A DNA stretch of 64,000 nucleotides. Origin: Heteronotia binoei. Its lineage: Eukaryota. The stretch covers positions 252,836,001 to 252,900,000 of the forward strand of contig NC_083223.1 of assembly GCF_032191835.1 (NCBI RefSeq), written 5' to 3'. Shown piece after piece: positions 36,410-47,480 of the stretch. The notes below the pieces were generated by a model that saw nothing but the letters and a program-made list of their open reading frames with translations, was not told where the DNA came from and did no database searches. Numbering within the stretch: the first letter of the stretch is position 1; each line of letters opens with the position of its first letter. The translations under genes and the position numbers were made by a program.

Positions 36410-37550
36410 CTGTAAGAGGAAGGAAGACAGCATGCACCCTGAATTCTGGAGCAGATCTGCTCCCCCAAGCTCAACTGGAGCCTCTTGAAATACACTAAAG
36501 GTTTGAATGGGCCAATCTAGAGCTGGAGGTGCATATACAGATTCAGCTGCTGAAGTTAAGGGACATGAACCTAAGCAGTGCTTGGATGTAACTGTATGTT
36601 AGTTGTATTCCATGGAGAAAATATAGGAGATAACCAACTAACAAAGCTTGGTAATATACATTCCAAAGGAAATATTTCCCTTATGTTCACTGCATAAGGA
36701 CAACAGCAGTGGTCAGAACAGCAGGGAGAGGGACGGAGGTTTTAATATTCGTATGCATCTTTTTCAATTATTTTAGAGCAAAGAGATAAGTCAAGAGTCA
36801 CATTCCATCAGAAGTCTTTTTATAACATTCTGATCTAGTTTAAGCCAGCAGAGATCAACTGGTCAAAAAGTAGGGTATAGATCTTTAAAAGAGAATACTT
36901 GTTTCAAAATTCCAGGAGCATCCTAATTTGCTTAGAAGGGCAGCTTCAGGTGCACCAGAGGCTCCCCAAACAGTGCTGATTTTAAATGGAGCGGACTACT
37001 CCCAGTCAAACGCTTCCATCGGAGTCACCCGTATCCCACGTGGGGGCACTTTGGTGCGGTCAGACGGCTGTTGTACACCATCCCCATAGCTCGGTTTGGG
37101 TTTCTTTTTTTCCTTACATTTTTAGTGGCCATGAATTCATGCACCCAGGGCAGTTAATTTAAAAAAAAATACCAGTGAGCACCTAGAGCAGATTGGTGGG
37201 TTCACATTGCCAATCCACCTTGTTTGCACACTCACGTGCTCAGATGCCCGGAAAGGCGGATGGCATGTGGCAGAAGAATTTGCTATCACTACCTAAGTTG
37301 TAGCTTTTTGAGCTGCCTCAGAGACGCCAGATGAGGGGGTGAGTACAGGAGCGGGACAGGAGGCAGATGTGCATGTCTGAATTCGATTTTTAAATCTGTC
37401 TGAGAGCCATCCCTGTGTCAGCTTAAACTGCCTCTCTGGACCCAGCTCAAGTCTCAAACACTATCTAGTGGGGACTACTGTTCAATTTTACCCCATATTT
37501 TGGGCTTACTAAGACATACAATACCTAGCGTCAGAACCCAGATGACTTAC

Positions 37551-37613
37551 TTCTCTAAGGATAGCATTGCCATCATTGGTCATGACGATGCCTCCCATGG
37601 GGTCCAACAGCAT
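37551..37613 (-). CDS. CCT3: CCT3 exon 4 (MLLDPMGGIVMTNDGNAILRE)
   Basis: AG/GT boundaries, 63 nt. Confidence 0.98.
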
Positions 37614-37747
37614 CTGTGTTGAAGATTTAAGAACATTTCTGTTAGTTTTCAAGAAATGTGTTGGTCAAAACACCAGCACAACAGCATTCATGTTATATCT
37701 TTATCATGAGTTTAAAAAACCCAATGAAATAAAAATGAATTTCTCAC

Positions 37748-37798
37748 TTTCATCATAGCTCTTGGTCCCAAGCATGTTCTGATAATATCAGCTATGGT
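37748..37798 (-). CDS. CCT3: CCT3 exon 3 (TIADIIRTCLGPRAMMK)
   Basis: AG/GT boundaries, 51 nt. Confidence 0.98.
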
Positions 37799-40700
37799 CT
37801 GAAAAGAAATAAAAAACACAATTTTAGGGGGGGAAATTAAGACACCCACAAAGTTGCAAGCTGAAGCTTGGGTTTCAAACATGTAACACAGCATCTTTGA
37901 ATTCTGTATGAAGTATTCATAAACAATCTAAGTGTTCAGAAGGAAGCTACCACCAATAGCATGGTGACAAACCGTGTACTGCAGAGGGAAAAGAAAGGGC
38001 AGTTTGGCTAGAGAAAATGTCACACAAACTCAGGCAAGCTGCACGTTGTTAGCTAGAAGGACCTGAACAGACAAGGAAACTCTGGAAATGGACCGAATAA
38101 GAGCCAAGTAAGGTCAATTGTGTGGCACAGAGGTATCTAGGCCATGAGTGCCATACATTCCATAAGAATACAAAGGCAAAAAAATCTCTTCTATTAAAAC
38201 CAGATCCCATTTGTTTCTAAAGTTGTAAAGAGGCAGCCAATTGTCTTTAAAATTGCAGAGCAAACAGATAATTAACAGTACAATCCTAAGCAGCTATTTC
38301 TTAACCCTCTGAGGTCAATAGGCTTAGAAGGGGCAATGCTTGCTTAAAACAACACTGTGAACATTTTCATTGAAGCAAGGTCCAGAAGATCAGTGAAAAA
38401 AGTGGACTCGCTGAGCAACATAAGTTGAACAACAATAAGAGGAGTACAAGATGCAAGCAAACTGATGAGACCTCCCCTTCAGCAGGCCCTGGCAAGTACA
38501 GATTCCATGCCCACTTTTGAGCCAGTGGTGCTTGCCAGAAACATCTGATCAAGCCTGAAGTATTTGTTTAAGAATTTTAGGTGCTTTTAACATTGCTCCA
38601 GCCTTCCCACAATTTTTGCCACTGATCATCTCTAACAGGCAGCTTGCTTTGCATATAGGAGGTTGCCAATTCAGTCCTGAGCATCTCCAGTTAAAGAATC
38701 ACAGATAGGTGTCTGGAGAAAACTTTCTCTGCCCATCACAGTAGACAATACAAGGTAACAACAAATCATTATGTGGTCAGCCAGTCCACTGCTTTTCTGT
38801 GAACTGGCATGTCCATGAAACCAACAATGAAATAACACAATAGTTTATAGAAGAGATGGACAGGTTTTTCTTTGAGGAAAAATATCTAAAGCTATTCCCT
38901 CCAAATGCATGTTTCTTAGTTTTATTCTGTCTTCGAAATAAGAACAGGAACTAGGAAGATCACCAGAAATGAAACTATCAGCTAAGGAGCAGAGGGAAAA
39001 AAATCCCATTAAATAACTGTTTTAAAAACAGTTTATAGCAAATCCTTTTCTGTAATCTTTTCCTGGGTCTTCTGAAACATGTACAAGGTACTTTGCAGCA
39101 GCCAGCAAGCTATTGGTAGGAGATCTATTGTCTGCAGAATGACTAGTCTCCAACCAGAAGAAAAAATGGCTGTATGGAAAAGCAAAGCAAGATAAGGAGG
39201 ATAATAAAACACACAACATATTTTCTCCACGCTTAATAAATGCAATTTGAGGCCAGAAAGATTGCAAAAGTTCTGCAGCATGGACAGGTGATTCAACTGG
39301 AAGCTTTCTTGCCACAGTTTGGCGCCTGTAGACAAATGCTGCTCTCACAGGGTGTTGGGACTCCACTGTTCCCTTTACTGGTTCTGTCAATAAAAATGGC
39401 TGAGAAATAGTGGAATCAATGACATTTACCAAAAGAGATAACTGGCTGGATATGACATATTGATTTCAGCCAGTGATCCAGATTTGGTTGCAGGTCTATA
39501 ATATTTTATTCCCACAGTATTCAATGGGTTGGATCCCACAAAGCTGTTAGATCTGTTCCACTAATGATGACGCTTTTCTCCAGCACAGAGACTGTAACAT
39601 CAGGGGAAGGCTCCTTGCGCCCAGAGAAGGGTTTTTGACAGCAAAATTAATCTTTCAGATCCAGCCCACGAATTACAATCCAAGGTTTCATTCAGCAGTC
39701 ACTGACATTAGAGTGCTTTTCTTGTGCTACATTCAGGATTAGTAACCTCCTGATATGTACAGATTGCTGGTATGAATGAGAACAGAACTTATACTCTTCT
39801 TTTAAAAAAGACAGTATTCCCTAGTTCCTCACTTTCACCTTTGTGTGAACAGCAGCACATACAAAAAAAGCAATCAAGATATTGAGCTGACAGAAACAGG
39901 AATGTGTGGTGTTATGGCTGTAAGGGACTGTGGGGCAGACATTCACAATACAGCCTGAGCTACCCTGGAAGTATAATCCTATAACCTTTACCCAAGTCCC
40001 TCCTCGTTCAGAAGCATTACAACATTTCCATGCCATGCACAGTTCACTGAATGCTGCCTGCCATTTTGGAGAGCTTCACCTTACTTTGTGGCAATTGACA
40101 CCTAATTGTTAAGTGCATGCAGAGAAGACAGGAACAGGAAGACGTAACAGCGAGACTTGAGATTACCCACAACTGGCTGCATCACACTGCCTGTTGAGAC
40201 TCATGCACACGACAGAGCACATAAGCAAACCAACAACTGAAACAGACAAGCACCCTGTCACCAGGATGCCTACCCTGCAGTGCTAGCATCATTCTGTGTT
40301 TACTGATCCTGAGTTGATGTGCTTGTAGATAGACCCTAGCCTAAGAGTCCCTACACCAGCATGCAACTACTTAGAAGCTGGCAGTTATGTGAGAGCTGCA
40401 CAGGAAAACTTCTTGCTGGATGTGACCAGATACACAAAGTGCTTTAGTTATGGCTCTGTTCTTCAAGAGAAAGGAGCACCTGGCTGGACTTCGTGCTTCA
40501 CACTTTTGAGCTCTAAGCCCTCACAATTTCACAAGTGATGGTTTTTATGCTTTGATGTCCTAAAATGATTTGGATAAATCCTGGAGCATGTGTACAAATG
40601 CAACTGTCTAACTCGGCTACAATTTTTTTTAAAGCTGTCAGCAGGGGAAGAAGATAGAATTGAGTAGAACATAACTTTACTGCACAGAGCAGCTACAAGT

Positions 40701-42050
40701 ACCTTGCCAGACATTGCCTCAACATGCATCTTATCAACAGGAATTCTTAGCAACTCCTTCCAAAGAGCTTGGGAGAGTATATGCATTTTATCCTCACAAC
40801 CACTCTGCGGAGTAGGATGAGAGAGAGAACGACTGGGCCAAGTCCAAGGCAAATACTCCATCTACCACATTATGTTACCTTTAGTGTACCCAGCAGTAAA
40901 ATGAGTTTTTCATGTCAAAGATTTCTTAAAAACCCCAAAATCAGCAACTTGATCTCTCAAATAGTGAAGCTGATGGCCGCATGCCTATCAATACGGCAGC
41001 AAAACTGAGCTACCTGCAGACAAAGTAGGAGTTTGTACATAGCAGAAGAGTGACATAGATATATAGAAAAATATTACTGAATAAATTGAGAGAGATCTCT
41101 CCTCCCCGATAGCCTGATGAAGTATAAGCATGCCCAATGCTTTTAGAATACTAAGTCAGTTAAAGAAGAAAAGCTCACAGGAACAAACTGACCAGCACAA
41201 TCTATAACAGTTCATACACATTTAGATTTGAGTCTAGTATCTCACAGACGGACAAGAGTTTCTAAGATGCTACTGGACTCAAATTTCACTATTCTACTGC
41301 AGACCAACATGGCTACCCTCTATTTACAGTAAACAGGTAAATAAGGGTTGGCAGGGGATTTTGCAAATTCCACGCAAGCTCCAATTCAGAGTTGAAAGTG
41401 AATTCTCCCTCCACCCGTTTTCTCCTCTATCCATCTCTTGTAGCTGCCACCCACACACTATATTGAGACACAACAGTCTGAACATGACAGATTTCTGAAG
41501 AACCATCTTCCTCCTTACCATCCAGACTGCCAGGTAAGATCTGGCTCTCATGTCCTGCTCTGTGTGTGTGGTGATTAGAGACAAGGCATTTTCCGCAGTG
41601 GCATTGCACTTCTGGAATGCACTCCCCCTTCAGGCCTGCCTACTTTACTTTCTTTCAGGCACCAGGCCCAAACACGTGTTTTTACCCAGCCTTTAATCAC
41701 AGGTTTCACCTTAGCAAAATTTGAGCCCAGTGGTACCTTTAAGACCAGTGAAGTTTTATTCAAGATATAAGGTTTCAAGTGCCCTTACCAGCTTTTAAAA
41801 TTGTCTGTTTCCATTTAATGAATAGCTTTTACACTGTTCGTATCTAATTACTTTTGCTATTGTCATACTTGCTTTAATTTAAGCCACCTTGAGCAGGACT
41901 CTGACACCATTACCAACCCCCCCCCCCCCCCCCAGCTTATTAGTTGTCTGGCTTCAAATCAGTTTTTATACTGCAACTTGGCAGACTAACAGAAAAACTG
42001 CATTTGTCTCCTTGCTGCATCTCCAATATGTTTCACGCAAGAAAGCGTAC

Positions 42051-42112
42051 CTTAGCAGCATTAATGTTTCCAGCCTGGACTTTTCTTCCAGTCTCACGCT
42101 TTGTGTTCTGAC
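42051..42112 (-). CDS. CCT3: CCT3 exon 2 (SQNTKRETGRKVQAGNINAAK)
   Basis: AG/GT boundaries, 62 nt. Confidence 0.97.
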
Positions 42113-42778
42113 CTAAAACACAAAAAGAATGGGGGAAAGTACAGATTAGTACAACCACCTGATCAGTACAGATTAGTACAACCACCTCCTCAAAATCTTT
42201 TTACATCACCCCCATTTGCACCCCCCCCCTTCCACTGGCAACAAAACATTGGTATACATAACTATACTTGCTTTCATCCACTCTTTGCTACCCTTTGGGA
42301 CAAGGACTTTTCTCTGTTGCTTATTCATGTGCACTGATGGCATGCTGATAGAACAACAGAAATTACTACTAGAACAACAGCATTTGTGACAAATTTTCAT
42401 TTTCTAAACAGTGACAAACCCCCAAATCCAACTACCCAGCTCCAAAGACATAAGGGCACTTCCAGGACTAGGAGAAATGGCAGTGATTTCTGTCAATTTC
42501 CCCTCTTGCTGCAGATCCCAATTTTCCCCTTGTACTGTTTCTAAGAGTACATAATCAAAATTGAAGGGCTGGGGAGCTCAGTAGGCTGTTGCACAAGGAA
42601 GAAGCAGGGAATGTTCCATGTGATGCATTCTAAAAGTGGATCTTGTTGGCTACAAGCCACCATCTTCCACGACCCTTCACAACAAACAAAGCATGTAACT
42701 TCTCCTTCAACACACTGATCCACCACCCCACTGACAAAAAACCAAGCTGCCTTAAACAGCAACAGAGATACTCATGAT

Positions 42779-42982
42779 CAATGCTCTTTCTAAGCTGTGG
42801 AGTCTTCTGAGCAAAAATTCAACTTTATGAGCTACTGGCATTAAAGTTGTGAGTGAGCTATTTGGCTACTGCATAGCTTCATTTGCTCTGGGGCCATCTT
42901 TCCTGAGCTAAGACAAAAATGTGTGAGCTGGAGGCTAAAAAACTGATCTAGCTCACACTAACTCAGCTTAGAGGGAACACTG
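42779..42982. mobile_element. hAT-like MITE (CAGTGTTCCCTCTAAGCTG terminus)
   Basis: Imperfect inverted termini; second copy at about 54700-54885. Confidence 0.65.
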
Positions 42983-43543
42983 ATCACGATGCTCCTATTT
43001 TGGTATACTGCTGCAAGCATGGAGGTGGAACACAATGTTTAATAATGCTGTAGGCCCTTTTGACAAGTTGGTGTGACAGGCAGATTAATCCATGTGCTCT
43101 ATAATATTTCATTCTGTTACAAATTTTACCTTGCCCCTTTCCTCAAGCTCAGAATAGCATGCAGGGCTCTCCTTTCATTTTATCCTCATAACAATCCTAT
43201 GAAATAGGTTAGAACAAGAAAGGGTGACTGGCCAAGGGTCACCTAGGAGCTTCATCACTAATACTGGGTAGACCAGAGTACATGGGACACCTTCCATAAA
43301 AAATAAAAATAAAAAACCAAACACATATTTTTAAAAAATTTCCTTTCACTGCAGAATGCTTGCTTTCTCTAAACCAAAATTCTATTTATTTTATTTTTTT
43401 AGTTGCTGCTCACCTGAAGGGTCTTGTGGTGACTTATTGTTATAAGGTAAAAACAACATAAAATCAGGTAAGAATATTAATTATTAGGGTTTGTGGAATC
43501 TTTCGGGATCAAGTGCCGTGTTCTACTGGAGAAAGTTTTCCTT

Positions 43544-43584
43544 CCAGACGTTTCGTTCTGAGCTGCGGAGAACATCCTCAGTGG
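43544..43584 (-). ncRNA. Minimal type I hammerhead ribozyme motif (PLE-type)
   Basis: Minus strand CCA CUGAGGA U GUUCU-loop-AGAAC GAAA C GUC UGG: intact core, 5-bp stem II, palindromic ACGU stem III, GUC cleavage triplet, 3-bp stem I. Confidence 0.7.
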
Positions 43585-43675
43585 CGTTGCAGCCGGAGCA
43601 GGCGCTCAAACCTTCTTGGCTGCTGTGCATTGCACAGCAGCCAAGAAGGTCTGAGCGCCTGCTCCAGCTGCAACG

Positions 43676-43716
43676 CCACTGAGGATGTTCTCCACAGCTG
43701 AGAAAGAAACGTCTGG
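43676..43716 (+). ncRNA. Minimal hammerhead motif, second copy (stem II closing pair broken)
   Basis: CCA CUGAGGA U GUUCU-loop-AGAAA GAAA C GUC UGG. Confidence 0.55.
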
Positions 43717-46700
43717 AAAAAAAAAAACTTTCTCCAGTAGAATACGGCACTTGATCCCAAAAGATTCTACAAACCCTAATGATGTTACCAGCCGTGAAAA
43801 CCTGAAATCTTTGATAAGAATATTAACATTAAAATACATGGCTATCATTGTACCACAATTAAAACAGACCAGACACAGTGGCTACCCTCTAAAGGCCAAC
43901 CTAAGCAATTCAGCCTTGGATGCTCTGCAGAAACTAAACAAGTTTAGGAAAGGAAAGGTCCCCTGTGTAAGCATCAGTCGTTTCCCACTCTGGGGTGACA
44001 TTGCTTTCACAACGTTTTCACAGCAGACTTTTTACGGGGTGGTTTGCTATTGCCTTCCCCAGTCATCTACACTTTCCCCCAGCAAGCTCGGAAGGATGGA
44101 AGGCTGAGTCAACCTCGAGCTGGCTACCTGAAAACCCAGCTTCCACTGGGGATCGAACTCAGGTCGTGAGCAGAGCTTAGGACTGCAGTACTGCAGCTTT
44201 AACACTCTGCGCCACGGGGTTTAATATCTTCTTCTTAGCTGTCACCAGGGGAAAGGCCTGCTCATTTGTGGCCCCCTACCATGTGGAGTGCATTCTCATA
44301 TGGCATTTGTAAACAAATGTACAGGGTACAAATGCCATGTGAGAATGCACTCCACATGGTAGGGGCCACAAATGAGCAGGTCCTTCCCCTGGTGACAGCT
44401 AAGAAGATGATATTGGATTTATATCCTGCCCTATACTCCAAATCTCAGTCTCAGAGCGGCTCACAATCTCCTTTATCTTCCTCCCCCACAACAGATACCC
44501 TGTGAGGTGGGTGGGGTTGAGAGAGCTCTCCCATAAGCTGCCCTTTCAAGGACAACTCCTACGAGAGCTATGGCTGACCCAAGGCCATTTCAGCAGTTGC
44601 AGGTGGAGTGGGGAATCAAAGATGAATCTGCGCACTTAACCACTACATCAAACCGGCTCTGCTGAAAGAGCTACCTGCCCTAGACAATGACCAAATGGAA
44701 AATGGGGGTTTGTAACAGCAGAGGTTGTCCCATAAATATGAGGGTCCCAGACCACTGACCTTCTTATTAAATAAAAGACTACTGGTTAAGAGTCTTTAAA
44801 GAGCAATCCTTCTCTAGCAAATAGTTAGGAAAGCAAACAAACTATGTTAAGAAAACCATCACTGAATGTCTATTTTTAGTTCTCTCTTCTTCACCCTTCC
44901 AAAAACCCATCTACATCTTGGGAGTGACCAAGGGAAACCTAACTACTACTGCCTGTCAACTGAGAGGTGCCCAATTATGTCTCTATAAGTCCATGCCTGC
45001 AGTAGAAGCTCTGTAGCAAGCCAAAAAGTTGATCTGAGGCTCTGTTCTCCCCTCTCCTAAACACACTTCAACCATTGCCACTTTGCCTAATCCAGATCTT
45101 TGCTGCTGCGCCACTAGCATCTTGGCAACCCATAATCAGCTCCACACATGTGGTTTTGTTCTGTGCCAGGGATCCATATTAGGTGATTTCCTGTGTTCAA
45201 TAAATCTACTTGCCTCAAACCTCACCCTGATAGCTTTTTTTATGAATGGAAGGAAGGAGGACTCAAAGCAACACAGCAACAGTGGAATAATGCAAGCTCA
45301 AGGAGAGTACTGGAGACCAAACAAAACCAAATAGGAACAGTCTCCCATTGACAAAACATGCACAGAGACAAGGGCAAGGGGCCAGGCGAAAGTCTTTTGG
45401 GGCAGAGCAGATCCCCTTTTATTTCTGTAGTGTTCTGGGCATTTTTTGAATAAAGTAACATGAAAGGAGATAGGAAGCACTCTGTGGTTGTATGACAACT
45501 TTGGAAAAAGTGACTAGACTAGATTTTAATATGGGGAAAAGATTATTTTTGGTCCCAAACAGATATGATACAAGAAAAGGAGGGGGGAGAACAAAGCACT
45601 CACAGCCAATTACTCATTAAGGATGCAGACACAAAAGGAAGGATAAGATTATAGGGAGAAAGGTTGTGGAACATATGAAGCTGCCTTATACTGAATCAGA
45701 CCCTTGGTCCATCAAAGTCAGTATTGTCTTTTCAGACGGGCAGCGGCTCTCCAGGGTCTCAAGCTGAGGTTTTTCACACCTATTTGCCTGGACCCTTTTT
45801 TGGCATCCAAGCAGATGCTCTACCACTGAGCCACCGTCCCTCCCCCAATCAAACTGGGCCATGTAAAAGGGGCTTGAACAAAGTGCAGAGAGGACTGTAC
45901 CTAAAAGGCAACGGGACACAGCACAAAGAAGAAGGGGAGCTCACAAGCATGTAAGAGGGTGCGAGGCCAGGGAAACACGCACAAGGGAGAAAACTGAACG
46001 AAGCCGTCAAGTAGCACCTTTAAGACCAACGAAGTTTTATTCGGAATGTAAGCTTAAAGCACCTGAAAGCTTACATTCTCAATAACATTTTGTTGGTCTT
46101 AAAGGTGCCACTTGACTCTGCTTTGTTCTACTGCTTCAGACCAACAAGGCTGCTCTCCTGGATTTATCTACATGGGCGGAAATTGTAAGAGCTCTCTATA
46201 GGGGAGCAATATTAGCAGTGTCCAACCACGACTCGAGTTGAAGCATGCTGGGGTGTCCTTTGGATCATGCTGGTAGGAAAAAGCACGGGGAGATGCCCCC
46301 GTACCCTGCGCATAAGTTCTCAATATACGCTTGGGAAAAATGAGCGAAGCAGATAATGACAGGGAATATTTAGCGGTTTCAGGGCGGGCTCTCCATACAC
46401 ATTCGGCGGTGAAGTCAAAGCAGTAGGGAATAATCTAGGACACCGAGTACAGTGCGGGGGACTTTCATGGGGATCCATAAGAATTAGTTTGGGTGGGGAA
46501 ACACATGGGGTGCAGAGAAGAGCAATGTAAATGAAGCAAAAAGTTATCAGGAATATTTGCGGGAGGAATCAGGAGGAGTTCCCACGGATCACCCCGCCTG
46601 GGAAGGACTGAGAGTGAAGCGCAGCACCTTATGGGGGCGGCAGAACAACGTAAGGAGGGAGAACGTTGGGAGGTCTTTCAGGGCGGGGGGGGGGGAGAAG

Positions 46701-46759
46701 GGCCAGTTAAAATGACAGAGAAGGTCTTTCGTTCCCTCCCCTCCTTCCCGCCGACTCAC

Positions 46760-46790
46760 TGAGCACGAGGACAGGGCGTGGGCCCATCAT
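46760..46790 (-). CDS. CCT3: CCT3 exon 1 coding part (MMGPRPVLVL)
   Basis: aagATGATG start, A|gtgagt donor, 31 nt. All 14 exons sum to 1638 nt (545 aa + stop). Confidence 0.98.
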
Positions 46791-47480
46791 CTTCGCGACG
46801 AGGCGAGAGAAGAAACCGGCGCGGAACCTTCTGGAGTAGGAAAGAGAGGGAGGGAGGAAAAAGCGCCGCTTCACCGCGCCCGGACAACCTAACCCACTCG
46901 GGGGCGCTCCTCCAATCAACTCAGGCACTGAGGGTACCTTGACCAATGGAGAAATCGTCTCTATCACGGAAGCCCCGCCTACTCCTCTTCAAGCAAGATT
47001 AGTTGACAGGGTAACGGGCTAGACTTTCCCCGCCCCATTTATTCACTCCAGCGCGTGCAAAGCCGCTTTAGAATGTTAAAGGAACGCGCTTGCGTGGCCA
47101 CGCCTTGAAACGCATGCGTACGGCAGATCCAAACGAGGTGTGGTGAAAATCTCTGCGCCTGCGTAGGGAATTTAAAGACCCGAAAGACGCGCGCACGCGC
47201 AGTCTATAGTCAGCGGTTGGCTAGATGGATGGAGGAGGAGGAGGAGGAGGAAAGCCTTCGCATCGGCGGTCACTGCAGCAGCTGCCGGGCGCTGGTTCTG
47301 GCAAACACCTCAAAGGCGAGTTTTGGGGAATAACGAAGCAGCTGCGGAGTCCTGCCAATTCCTTGCCTAGGCACGATGGGATTTGTAGTCTTGCTCGGCT
47401 TTTACATAAGAGCATCATGGGAATTGGAGTCGTACTTTCCCTGCCTTACTTACGCCTCTGCCGCTAGGCATTACGGGAGC
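46791..47480. promoter_or_regulatory. CpG-island bidirectional promoter, CCT3/TSACC
   Basis: High CpG density; HSE-like GAAccTTCtgGAG (46823-46837); CCAAT boxes (about 46912, 46943); NRF1-like CGCATGCG (47111-47118); two ZNF143/SBS-like motifs (47377-47390, 47418-47431). Confidence 0.75.

Larger units (their letters stand above)
43481..43814. mobile_element. Penelope-like element insertion forming a 298-bp palindrome (inverted pLTR pair)
   Basis: Arms 43483-43629 and 43631-43780 are inverted. A 3' extension gatgttaccagccgtgaaaacctgaaatctttg follows. Flanking direct repeat (TA)AGAATATTAA at 43469-43480 and 43815-43826. Confidence 0.85.

Noticed and set aside
27626-46759. Intronic snoRNAs in CCT3
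   Set aside because: I could not identify convincing C/D or H/ACA box pairs with terminal stems by eye; an Rfam/snoReport scan is needed.
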